Origin: Candidatus Caldarchaeales archaeon
GTDB taxonomy: Archaea > Thermoproteota > Nitrososphaeria_A > Caldarchaeales > Calditenuaceae
Length of the DNA stretch: 64,000 nucleotides
Assembly: GCA_039630085.1 (NCBI GenBank)
Contig: JBCNVM010000004.1
Coordinates: 1-64,000 of the forward strand
Direction of reading: 5' to 3'
Shown here: one piece after another, positions 29,130 to 38,043 of the stretch
How positions within the stretch are numbered: the first letter of the stretch is position 1
How the letters are laid out: each line of letters opens with the position of its first letter
Notes under the pieces: generated by a model
What the model saw: only the letters and a program-made list of their open reading frames with translations
Told to the model about the DNA's origin: nothing
The model's database searches: none
Translations under genes and position numbers: made by a program

Positions 29130-30290
29130 GTGGAGGCGGCCAAGAGCGAGGTCAAGCGCGTCGAGGTGATCAGGAACCTCTTCGCCCAGTATTACCGATC
29201 TCGCCCCCCGATCAGGGTCACGAGCGCCGAGCAGAGGGAGTTCGGGTACTTCGAGTTCTCGAAGCCCGTGATGGTCCGTCACCTCTCCTTCAGGAACCTC
29301 GAGGAGCTCCTGACCGCGCTCGCTAGGGTGGCCCCGCTCCACGCCTACAGGTCCTCCGCGTACTTCAGCTACCCCTCCGCGCCCATGGAGGAGAAGGGGT
29401 GGCTGGGCGCAGACCTCGTCTTCGACATCGACGCGGACCACGTCGATCCGCCCTGCGGCGGACACCACGTCCTCCGGGTCTGCTCGGAGCACGGCTTACT
29501 TTCAGGCGGGGAAGAAGTCTGCGGATCGTGTGGTGCGAAGCCCATCGAGGTCGACTGGGTCTGCGAGAGGTGCATAGAGGGAGCCAGGAGGGAGCTGATC
29601 AAGCTCGTCGACGTGCTGCTGGGTGACTTCGGCGTGAAGGAGGAAGAGGTCGAGGTGAACTTCTCGGGGAACAGGGGCTTTCACGTGATCGCCGACTCAT
29701 CCGAACTGAGGGGTCTGGACCAGCAGGGAAGGCGGGAGATAGTTCAGTACCTGACCGGGGAGGGCCTCGCTCCCGAGACGATGGGATTGGGGCCCGCGAG
29801 AGGCAGGCCCCGAAGGGCGACGGTCGTAGAGGCGGAGCTCAACGCCTACGGGTGGCGCGGTAGGATCTGGAGGAGGATTTACGCGAGGCTACCGAGCGGG
29901 ACGGACGAGGACGTCGGATCGGCGCTGGCGCGGATGAGGCCCTCGGAAATCAGGCAGCTGCTCGAGGAGGTCGTCCGCGAGGAGTCGGTGAAGATCGACC
30001 CGGTCGTCACCTCTGACGTCCACAGGCTCGTGAGGCTCTCGGAGTCGCTGAACGGCAAGACCGGACTGGCGGTGAGGAGGATACCGCTCGAGAGGCTGCA
30101 CGACTTCGACCCCTTCAGGGAGGCCGTCGCGTTCTCGCCGAAGGTCAAGTTTAGGGTGAGGGTGCTTTACTCTCCGGGGTTCAGGCTCAGGGACCAAGAA
30201 TTCCCAGAGATCCACGGGCCGGTCGTGACCGAGCTGCCGGCTCACGCGTCCGTCTTCTTGGTCTTGAAGGGGCTCGCCGTCTTAGTGTGA
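29130..30290 (+). CDS. priS: DNA primase catalytic subunit
   Basis: REFG, GADLVFDID, FSGNRGFH, IDPVVTSDVHRLVR; Cys-rich Zn insert. Confidence 0.93.
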   Translation: MEAAKSEVKRVEVIRNLFAQYYRSRPPIRVTSAEQREFGYFEFSKPVMVRHLSFRNLEELLTALARVAPLHAYRSSAYFSYPSAPMEEKGWLGADLVFDIDADHVDPPCGGHHVLRVCSEHGLLSGGEEVCGSCGAKPIEVDWVCERCIEGARRELIKLVDVLLGDFGVKEEEVEVNFSGNRGFHVIADSSELRGLDQQGRREIVQYLTGEGLAPETMGLGPARGRPRRATVVEAELNAYGWRGRIWRRIYARLPSGTDEDVGSALARMRPSEIRQLLEEVVREESVKIDPVVTSDVHRLVRLSESLNGKTGLAVRRIPLERLHDFDPFREAVAFSPKVKFRVRVLYSPGFRLRDQEFPEIHGPVVTELPAHASVFLVLKGLAVLV

Positions 30291-30402
30291 GGGGCGCCCT
30301 TTGCCTGTGTGCATCGCTGCCAGTGCCGATCGCGATGCAGGCTCTCGGCTGACGCCCGCGAGACAAAAACGACCTGTACGCTCGGTTACGCGATGCGGCC
30401 CC

Positions 30403-30663
30403 TCACCCGAGGAGCTCCGCCTCGATCAGCTGGTCTGCGAGGTTCTTGATCGCATCCCGGATCTCCGAGGCCTCTATCCCCAGCTCGTTGGAAAGCTCCA
30501 GCACGACCTCCTCGACGGTCTTGTCCTCGAAGAAGCTCCAGACCGCGACCACCGACTCGTTGACCAGATACGCGACGCCGCTCTCGTTCACGAGGAGGAG
30601 CTCACCTTCGGGGGACTCGACCAACTGGCCGCGCTTCGTTAACTTCCTCTCCTCCGACGACAT
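30403..30663 (-). CDS. PqqD/RRE-like small protein
   Basis: 86 aa; LLLVNESGVAYLVNESVVAVWSFF...TVEEV...LIEAELL pattern. Confidence 0.7.
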   Translation of the reverse strand: MSSEERKLTKRGQLVESPEGELLLVNESGVAYLVNESVVAVWSFFEDKTVEEVVLELSNELGIEASEIRDAIKNLADQLIEAELLG

Positions 30664-30725
30664 TCGGGTTCGACCCCCACCAACTCAGTCAGTAAAAAGC
30701 GTTCCCCGTACAGCCCGGATCGGGA

Positions 30726-31298
30726 TCAGCCGTGCGGTTCCACCTTCAGGCAGTAAATCTCCTCGAAGAAGATGCGCCTCCGCGCCACGAAGGTGACCTC
30801 GAGCCCGAGTCGCTCGGCGTGACGGACCAGCGAGCCGAGGTCGGAGAGGGAGGAGGCGATCAGGAAGAGGGCCCAAGCCTTGCCCTTCAGCCTCTCGGCC
30901 AGCGAGCTCAGGAGCTCCTCCGAGAACTCCACTCCCCTGGGCCCGCCGTGGACCGCCGGGTCGTATTCCTCGCCGGGCTCGATGGGGAGGTAGGGCGGAT
31001 TGCAGGCTATCAGATCGGCCGGCGCCCCCGCCCTCAGGAACCGGACGCCGTCGGACGCGATCAGGTGGACCCTGCGAAGCTCCCGCCTCAACCGCTCCTT
31101 AGTCGCCTCGAGCGCCGGAAGCGCGACGTCGACCGCTATCACTTCGTCTGAGACACCCAGCAGGGCCTCCGCGACCGACCCGGACCCGCACCCGACGTCG
31201 ACCGCGAGGACGTGCCCACGGGAGGCCTGATCCGATATCGAGTCGATCAGAAGGAAGGTGTCCTCGGAGGGCCGATAGATGTCGAGGGGGCGCTTCAA
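30726..31298 (-). CDS. HemK2/PrmC family release-factor glutamine methyltransferase
   Basis: YRPSEDTFLL, DVGCGSG, NPPY; TTG start overlaps the aRF1 stop. Confidence 0.88.
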   Translation of the reverse strand: MKRPLDIYRPSEDTFLLIDSISDQASRGHVLAVDVGCGSGSVAEALLGVSDEVIAVDVALPALEATKERLRRELRRVHLIASDGVRFLRAGAPADLIACNPPYLPIEPGEEYDPAVHGGPRGVEFSEELLSSLAERLKGKAWALFLIASSLSDLGSLVRHAERLGLEVTFVARRRIFFEEIYCLKVEPHG

Positions 31299-32542
31299 CT
31301 CTGTGCAGACTTCAGGATCCCCGCTATCCCGCTGAACATCCTCAGGAACATCTCGCCCGCCTCGTGGTCCGAGGAGATCAGCTCGACCTGAGTCCCGACG
31401 AACTCGGCCTCGCGGATCAGGACGTCGACCAGCGGCTCGCGGCCGGCTTCGAGGAGCGAGGCGTTCCCGCAGCTCGGGCACGCGGCGCCGAGCCTCTTCG
31501 GGAGCTCCGAGACCAGCTGCTCCGAGTTCATCGTGACCCTCTCCGTGTGGCCGCACTTGGAGCAGGAGATCGTCACCTCGAAGGCATCCAGGTCCTCGTT
31601 CACCACGAGCCTCCTCAGCTCGCCCCTAGCCAGCGCCTGCCTCACCTGCCTCTCGCCGTACACGACTCCGCTCCCCTGCGTCGCCATCCTCATCACCGCC
31701 TCGACGATGCGGCGCTCCTCGACGAGCCTCAGCTCCTTCAGCTCGTCCGCCGCCCTCTCTATCGCCTCCCTTACGCCCTCCTCCCCGGAGTACGACGTGT
31801 CGACGAGCTTCACCTTGTCCCTGAGGGAGTAGTGGAGGTAGTTCCCCTGCGCGAAGACCTCCTTCGTGGGGCCGGGGCCCGCGACGATGATCGCCCTCAT
31901 CTCGGGATAGCTGAGGTAGACCTCGTTCGCGTGGTCCGCGACCCTCTTGTAGTACTCCTCCAGCGCCTGGTCCCTGAGCCTCTCGAACCTCCTCGCCGAC
32001 TGGCCTCCGGCCCTGTGCTTCCCTGGAACGCCAGACGTGTAGACCTTGAGCTCCACGACCTTTCGCCCCTTCAGGACCGCGACGGCCGCCTCCTCGTTGT
32101 CTATCACCAGAACTCCGTAGACGTCCCTCTCTTTCAGGAGGTCCCTGAGGGGCTCGAGGTAGAACTTGCTGTCGCACCTGTAGAGGAAGAGGTTGAGCGG
32201 CTCGGGCGGGACGACGTCGTAGACCTCGACCTTCTCCTCGCCGGGCCCTCCGTAGGAGATCGCGCCGCTGAAGATGATGAGGCCGTTGGGCCCGACCTCC
32301 CTGTAGAGCTTTAGCCTCTGGATTGCGCTCTCGATCGCGGACATTACGTTCTTCCTCGTGCTCTTCGACTTGATGTTCGCGGCGGTCGAGTACTCCTGTC
32401 TGAGGTAGCCTATGACCTCGTCGACCCTCTTGCCCGGAGGTATGTAGAGCGAGACGAGCTCGGTACCCCTCCCCTCCTTCCGCTCCAGCTCCTCGATGAA
32501 CCGCTTGAACTTGTAGACCGATACGGAGTCCCTTCCGGACAC
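31295..32542 (-). CDS. prf1: Peptide chain release factor aRF1
   Basis: NIKS, YRCD and GGQS motifs; C-terminal Zn-ribbon-like CSKC/CPSC. Confidence 0.97.
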   Translation of the reverse strand: MSGRDSVSVYKFKRFIEELERKEGRGTELVSLYIPPGKRVDEVIGYLRQEYSTAANIKSKSTRKNVMSAIESAIQRLKLYREVGPNGLIIFSGAISYGGPGEEKVEVYDVVPPEPLNLFLYRCDSKFYLEPLRDLLKERDVYGVLVIDNEEAAVAVLKGRKVVELKVYTSGVPGKHRAGGQSARRFERLRDQALEEYYKRVADHANEVYLSYPEMRAIIVAGPGPTKEVFAQGNYLHYSLRDKVKLVDTSYSGEEGVREAIERAADELKELRLVEERRIVEAVMRMATQGSGVVYGERQVRQALARGELRRLVVNEDLDAFEVTISCSKCGHTERVTMNSEQLVSELPKRLGAACPSCGNASLLEAGREPLVDVLIREAEFVGTQVELISSDHEAGEMFLRMFSGIAGILKSAQS

Positions 32543-32706
32543 GAGCGATCACCCTGACGCACGCTAGGCGACTGTTCCGTCAGCCGGTGCCGACCCGAGA
32601 GGGCCTGACGACTTCACGGCACCTCCTCTTGGCGCCGGCGGAGACTAATAAAGGTAGAAGGACGGCTCCCGTCGCTGCTAACGGGAAGACCGGAGGTAAA
32701 GTGTCC

Positions 32707-33522
32707 TCACGGGCGCGACCTTGAGGACCTGAAGGGGGCCCTTTTGAACGTCGAGGCGTCCGGGCTCGAGGATACCCGGAGCACCCTGACAGGCGGGGAC
32801 TCGAGCGCCGCCGCGGGTTCCGAGAGGAACGACCTCAGGTGCCTGACGGACGCGAAGTAGACGTCGCCTGCGGTCGGTGGGACGTAGGACGCGACAACCA
32901 GCGGCACGAGCCGCACCTGCGTCCGGCCTTCCCCGAGGAGGTGGAGCAGGGCGCGCTCCAGAGCGTCGAGCTTCTTGAGGAGCTCCGCGGAGACCCTCCT
33001 CATCAGCGAAGGTGTGAGGGTCCTGCGCCACCTCTTGCACTCGACCGCGTAGACGGCTCCGCTCCCGACTGCCAGCAGGTCGAACTGATACCTCCTCGCC
33101 CCGAAGTTGAGCCTCACGTCCCACAGCACTTCTAGGCCCGACCTCCTCAGGAGCCTCCCGATCGCCCTCTCGAAGAGCGTCCACCTGAGGCCCTCGAGGA
33201 GCCGATCCGATCCTGCGGACCTCAGGAGAAGGCCCTCGACCAAGCCGAGGAGCTCGTCGTCGTTCAGGGCTCCGGCTTCCACGCCCCACCTCTTCAGAAC
33301 GGCCCTCGCCACCGCTGTCGCGACGCCGGCGCGCTCCGCTACGTTCTGCTCGTCCACCGTCAAGCCCTTCTCGATCGCGTCCATCACCCCTTTCAGGACT
33401 CTCGCCTCGACCTTGGGAGTGACCGGGGGCTCCTCATCGTAGCTGACGTCAGCTGATGGGACGTCCGGCATCTCTTCGCTGGAGGTCCTAAGAGAATTGG
33501 GGCGCGGGTCCGGAGGCGACAC
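32707..33522 (-). CDS. PD-(D/E)XK nuclease / Mrr-like restriction endonuclease domain protein
   Basis: WTLFE...QFDLLA...AVECKRW; start uncertain (33522 or 33471). Confidence 0.7.
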   Translation of the reverse strand: MSPPDPRPNSLRTSSEEMPDVPSADVSYDEEPPVTPKVEARVLKGVMDAIEKGLTVDEQNVAERAGVATAVARAVLKRWGVEAGALNDDELLGLVEGLLLRSAGSDRLLEGLRWTLFERAIGRLLRRSGLEVLWDVRLNFGARRYQFDLLAVGSGAVYAVECKRWRRTLTPSLMRRVSAELLKKLDALERALLHLLGEGRTQVRLVPLVVASYVPPTAGDVYFASVRHLRSFLSEPAAALESPPVRVLRVSSSPDASTFKRAPFRSSRSRP

Positions 33523-33529
33523 GAGCCGT

Positions 33530-34513
33530 TCACTCGATTCGGGCTAGCGCCGAGACGACCTCGATCCAAGCGTCGCCGACGTTCTGGGGGTCGTAACCAC
33601 CTCCGCCGAGTGCGAGGATCCTGCCGCCGCACTTCTCCTCCGAAAGCTCCACGAGAGACCTCGCCGCGAACCTGTGAGCCTCCTTCGAGTAACGGAGGTT
33701 AGTGAGCGGGTCCCCAGCGAGGCCGTCGGCGCCGCACTGAAGGACGACTAAGTCGAACTCGAAGCCCTTCAGGAACTCGATCCCCCTCTCGAAGCTCCTG
33801 AAGAACTCCCTGTCGCCGGCCCCGGGCGGGAGCGGGACGTTCATCTTCTTCCCGAGCGCCTCGCCCTTCCCCTTCTCGTACTCGAAGCCGGTCCCGGGGT
33901 AGAGCGTCCTGCCGTCCTGATGGATGTCGAAGAAGATCACGCGCGGGTCGTCCTCGAACTCGTAGTAGACGCCGTCGCCGTGGTGAGCGTCGATGTCCAC
34001 GTACGCGATCGACCTGTAACCGAGAAACCTAAACGCGTACTCCATCGCGACGCCGATGTCGTTGAAGATGCAGAACCCGCCGGCGGAGCTCCTCATCGCG
34101 TGGTGAAGGCCTCCTATCGGGCTGAAGGCCCTCCTGACTTTGCCCTGGGCGATCGACCTGAGGAGCTTGAGGGTCGTGCCGACGACAGTACTGGCGCTCT
34201 TGAAGCAGTTCGGGTACGCGGGGGTGTCACCGTAGTCGAGGTACCTGACGTTCGAGCCGGGTGAGCAGGCCGCCTTCACGAACTTGACGTACTCGGGCGC
34301 GTGGAAGAGCGTGAGATCCTCCTCCCTGCATTCCTCCGGCTCGACCAGCTCGAACAGGTCCCCGTGCCTCGAGAGGAGCTCCTTGAACTTCGCCTCGAAG
34401 ACGCTCGTCCTTATCCTGTTGAACGGGTGATAGGCGCCGAAGCCGTAGCTGAAGAGCTGCTCGCCGTACCCGATCTGAATTCTCTCCGGGGGCATTCCCT
34501 GGATCTCGTCCAC
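33530..34513 (-). CDS. Histone deacetylase family protein (AcuC-like)
   Basis: GGLHHA, GFCIFND, DIDAHHGDG, YPGTG, GADG, GGGGY. Confidence 0.93.
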   Translation of the reverse strand: MDEIQGMPPERIQIGYGEQLFSYGFGAYHPFNRIRTSVFEAKFKELLSRHGDLFELVEPEECREEDLTLFHAPEYVKFVKAACSPGSNVRYLDYGDTPAYPNCFKSASTVVGTTLKLLRSIAQGKVRRAFSPIGGLHHAMRSSAGGFCIFNDIGVAMEYAFRFLGYRSIAYVDIDAHHGDGVYYEFEDDPRVIFFDIHQDGRTLYPGTGFEYEKGKGEALGKKMNVPLPPGAGDREFFRSFERGIEFLKGFEFDLVVLQCGADGLAGDPLTNLRYSKEAHRFAARSLVELSEEKCGGRILALGGGGYDPQNVGDAWIEVVSALARIE

Positions 34514-34542
34514 CTAAGGTACTGATATCCTTTGGCGAGGCC

Positions 34543-35022
34543 TCAGATCATCCTGCGCAGGAGCTCGTTGATGGCCGTTCCCCGGTACCCGGCCTCGCCC
34601 TTGTCGGCGTACATCCTCTTGGTGCTCCTCCTGTAACCTCCTTTGGGCGGGTGGAGCCTGAAGTAGGGCTTGAGGTGGCTGAAGAGCTCCCCTATCTGTA
34701 TCTCGCCCGACACGACCTTCCTCGCCAGCTCGAGCTCGTCCCTGCAGCCCAGCTTGGAGAGCGCCTCCGAGAGCGGCGCGCGGTCCCAAGTCTCGGCCCT
34801 CTTCCTGAACAGCCTCGCGAGCACCTCGGGGTCCGGCTCGCCCCAGGTGACGTAGGGCGCGACCTTGTTGAGCATTCCTAGGTGCGAGGGGTCGGCCCTC
34901 ACGAGCGAGGCCCACTGGCTCCTCCTCAGGTGCATCAGCCTGAGGGTGTACTCTACCTCCTCGCTGAGGCCCGAGGGCCCCCTAAGCCTGACCACGAGGT
35001 AGCACTTCGCGGAGCCCTCCAA
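34543..35022 (-). CDS. rpl30: 50S ribosomal protein uL30
   Basis: VVRLRG, GMLNKV, TWGE, FRLHPPKGG, INELLRRM; TTG start 35022 after GAGGTGG. Confidence 0.92.
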   Translation of the reverse strand: MEGSAKCYLVVRLRGPSGLSEEVEYTLRLMHLRRSQWASLVRADPSHLGMLNKVAPYVTWGEPDPEVLARLFRKRAETWDRAPLSEALSKLGCRDELELARKVVSGEIQIGELFSHLKPYFRLHPPKGGYRRSTKRMYADKGEAGYRGTAINELLRRMI

Positions 35023-35033
35023 GCGCCACCACC

Positions 35034-35657
35034 TCAGGCCTTCCAAGTGGCGGGGAGGACGAACTTCAGCGTGTTCTTCAGGGCGACGTACGTCGCGCCG
35101 GCCATGCTCAACGGCGTCCTCGTCTCGCCGAAGGTCCTCGTCCAGCAGTCCCCGACCCCGGCCAGCCTCAGGATCGTCTTCGCGATGTCGCCCGCCACCA
35201 GCCCCAGCCCCCTCGGCCCCGGAAGGACCTCGATCTCGACGCTACCGTACTTCCCCTTGACCCGCGTGATGAGGCTGTGGGGCTCGCCGCACGCGCACTC
35301 CCAGCTCCCGCACCCCCTGACGACGTGGGAGAGGTTCATCTTCGCCCTCATCGTCGCCTTCTCGATCGCCATCACTACATGTGTCGACTTCCCGACGCCG
35401 AGGCCCACGTAGCCGTCCCTGTTCCCCACCGCGACGATCGCCCTATAGCTCGACCTCTCCCCGGCGTCGGTCTGCCTCTGGACCATCTGGATGTCGATCA
35501 CCTCCTGCTCGATGTTGGGGATCAGGTAGTCGACGATCTCGGGCTCTGTGATCCTGTAGTGGTTCGCTATCAGCTCCTCGATCGAGCTTATCCTGCCCGA
35601 CTTGACGAGTTGGCCCACCTTCGTCCTCGGCGTCCACGTCTCCAGCAATTCTTTCAC
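35034..35657 (-). CDS. rps5: 30S ribosomal protein uS5
   Basis: WTPRTKVG, QTDAGE, RGCGSWEC, PGPRGLG. Confidence 0.96.
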   Translation of the reverse strand: MKELLETWTPRTKVGQLVKSGRISSIEELIANHYRITEPEIVDYLIPNIEQEVIDIQMVQRQTDAGERSSYRAIVAVGNRDGYVGLGVGKSTHVVMAIEKATMRAKMNLSHVVRGCGSWECACGEPHSLITRVKGKYGSVEIEVLPGPRGLGLVAGDIAKTILRLAGVGDCWTRTFGETRTPLSMAGATYVALKNTLKFVLPATWKA

Positions 35658-35705
35658 TATTCGACCTGCGGGTCTTTTTAAGCCTAAACCAACGCGGTCC
35701 GGAGG

Positions 35706-37952
35706 TCAGCCCGAGCTCAGCCTGTAGGGCAGGTAGACGCTGGCGTGGTAAACGACGCAGGACCTGACCAGCTTCCCGATCTCCTCGGTCTCCGCCTGTA
35801 CCTGTATCCCCGGGAGGACCCAACCCTCGGAGAAGTCGACTACGTAGAGCGCGTAGGCGAACCTTCTCGGGTCGTGAAGTCTGAGCAGGCCCTTGACCGA
35901 GTCGGCGACCCTCGCGAGCTGTCCGTCCTCGAGGTAATTGGACTTCAGCCTCCTCATCCACGGCGAGGTCCTGAGGACGACGATGTCCGAGAACGCGGCC
36001 GCGTCGGCGACCCACTCCGCTTGCTCCGTCAGCGGGTCGATCCCGTCGAAGACCAGCATCGCCCTTCCGGCCCTCCTCCTCAGCTCGGCAAGCAGCTCGA
36101 TCGCGGTCGGGTTGAACCTCCAAGCGCCGTCCCTATGTTCATACTCCGTGATCACGTAGAGTCCGTCGAACCCCACGTCCCTCATCAGGGAGACGGCCCT
36201 TTCAGCGATCAGCGCCGCGAGCGTGATGTTTTGCTGATCCAGCTTGGCCGTGAAGTCGATGAGGTCTCCTCTGACCGATTGAGGATAGGTCGACTCGAGG
36301 AGCTGGGTCGTGAAGCCCTGAACTCCGTAACTCACCAGAGGCCTCCCCCGGTGCGCGTAGATCCCCAGGAGGACCTTCAGCCCGAGCCCCTTGAGCGACC
36401 TGACGGACGATGCCAGCTTCGAGAGGTCCCAGTCGTCCCTTCCTATCCTGAACTTCACGTGCGGGTCCAGCTCGATCTCCTTTCGGCCGTCGTACAGGAG
36501 GAAGAGGTCCAGCCCGAAGGGTATCGCGACCGAGGTCGGCCTTCCGGCCCTCTCGATCAGCTTGAGGTCCGGCGACCCGTCGGGGAGGAAGAACGAGTCC
36601 GGCCCCTCCACGACCGCGATCCTCTCGCCGTCGCAGCTCAAGTTCACGCCCCTTGGCGCGGGGACCACTAGGGCAGCGGCGATCAGCACCGTCAGCATCG
36701 ACGCCACCCCGAACCTCCTGACGAGCTCCGCGTCGAACTTGGCGCCGATGACCTCGAACAGCCCCAACCTGACGAACTGCCATCCCGCCAGTACCGCGGC
36801 TAGAACCAGGAGTGTCCCGGCGATCCCCACGTCGATCGGCGCAGTAGGCGAGACCCTGCCGAGGGAGTCGACCGAGAACCCGGTGAGGTTCGCGACGTAC
36901 ACGAGGAACAGTACCGCCGCCCCGTTCAGGATCGCGATCGATCCCCACATCCTTCTCCCCGTCCCCTCTGGGTCCATTGAGGCTGCGACGAAGGCGACAG
37001 GCATCAGCCACAGCAGGTACTGGACGTTCACCTTCGTCGAGCAGGCCAGGAACACCGCGATCATCGCCGTCGAGCGCTTCACGACCCCTGCCGCGTCCGG
37101 GATTCCCTCCCTCGCGTACCTCGAGAGCAGCCTCGCGTACAGCGCCGCCAGCAGTGCCAGAGACGCCGCGGACGAGAGCTCCTTCCCGAGGAAAGGGTAG
37201 ATCAGGGCCCAGTAGGTGAACTGGCCGACGTTCGACGCGTGGTAAAGCAGCTTCCCCAGGAAGCTCAGCGGCGCGTCCGCGAAGAACGGCATCGAGAGCG
37301 CGACCGGGACGCCGATCGCAGCCACGAGGTGGCCGATCACCGCGCTGCCGAACCGCTCGCGTCTGACCGTCTGAATGTGGATCGCCGTGACCGGCAGGAG
37401 CAGAACCGGGAAGAGCTTCGTCGCGACGCCTAGGCCCAGCATCGCCCCGGAGGCCATGAACCTCCCCTTGATCAAGAGCTCGAGCGCCACCAGCGCGAAC
37501 AGCACCGCGATCGAATCGAACATGCCCCAGACGCCGGAGATGAAGACCCCGATCGGGTTGAGGGCGTACGCGATAGCGAGGAGCTGGGACCTCCGCTCTC
37601 CGACCCCTACCGCCCTGGAGAGCCTGTAGACCCAGACGGCCACCAAGACGTCGGCGATTATGATCGGCGCCTTGATCGCGCCGACGGCCGCCCAGACCGG
37701 GGCCGAGTGGGCCCCTGAGGCCGCGTAGGCCGCCGCGACGACCAGGAGCCAGATCGGAGGGTAGCTATAGAACCCCCAAGGGAACTGGGGTATCTCGGAG
37801 ACCGTGTAGACGTTCCAGTGACCGCTCACGAAGAGCTCCGCGGTGCGGAGCCAGACGTACACGTCCCAGGGATGGCCGGTCACCGGTGCGAAGGCCGACC
37901 TTACGGCCAGCCCCGCGATGAGCGAGCCGACCAGCGCGGCTCGGCCCCGCAT
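35706..37952 (-). CDS. GT-C type membrane glycosyltransferase (PIG-M/GT87-like) with large soluble C-terminal domain
   Basis: HPWD, YSYPP, ALNP, WGMFD, KLFP, QYLLW with many TM helices; start taken at ATG 37952. Confidence 0.7.
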   Translation of the reverse strand: MRGRAALVGSLIAGLAVRSAFAPVTGHPWDVYVWLRTAELFVSGHWNVYTVSEIPQFPWGFYSYPPIWLLVVAAAYAASGAHSAPVWAAVGAIKAPIIIADVLVAVWVYRLSRAVGVGERRSQLLAIAYALNPIGVFISGVWGMFDSIAVLFALVALELLIKGRFMASGAMLGLGVATKLFPVLLLPVTAIHIQTVRRERFGSAVIGHLVAAIGVPVALSMPFFADAPLSFLGKLLYHASNVGQFTYWALIYPFLGKELSSAASLALLAALYARLLSRYAREGIPDAAGVVKRSTAMIAVFLACSTKVNVQYLLWLMPVAFVAASMDPEGTGRRMWGSIAILNGAAVLFLVYVANLTGFSVDSLGRVSPTAPIDVGIAGTLLVLAAVLAGWQFVRLGLFEVIGAKFDAELVRRFGVASMLTVLIAAALVVPAPRGVNLSCDGERIAVVEGPDSFFLPDGSPDLKLIERAGRPTSVAIPFGLDLFLLYDGRKEIELDPHVKFRIGRDDWDLSKLASSVRSLKGLGLKVLLGIYAHRGRPLVSYGVQGFTTQLLESTYPQSVRGDLIDFTAKLDQQNITLAALIAERAVSLMRDVGFDGLYVITEYEHRDGAWRFNPTAIELLAELRRRAGRAMLVFDGIDPLTEQAEWVADAAAFSDIVVLRTSPWMRRLKSNYLEDGQLARVADSVKGLLRLHDPRRFAYALYVVDFSEGWVLPGIQVQAETEEIGKLVRSCVVYHASVYLPYRLSSG

Positions 37953-38043
37953 CGTCACGTTCAGCGACGGGCTCAATATAAGTGGAATTCGCTCGTCCCC
38001 CAGGCGGTAAAGCTTAATCACTCTCGAGCGGTAGGAGGTTTGG

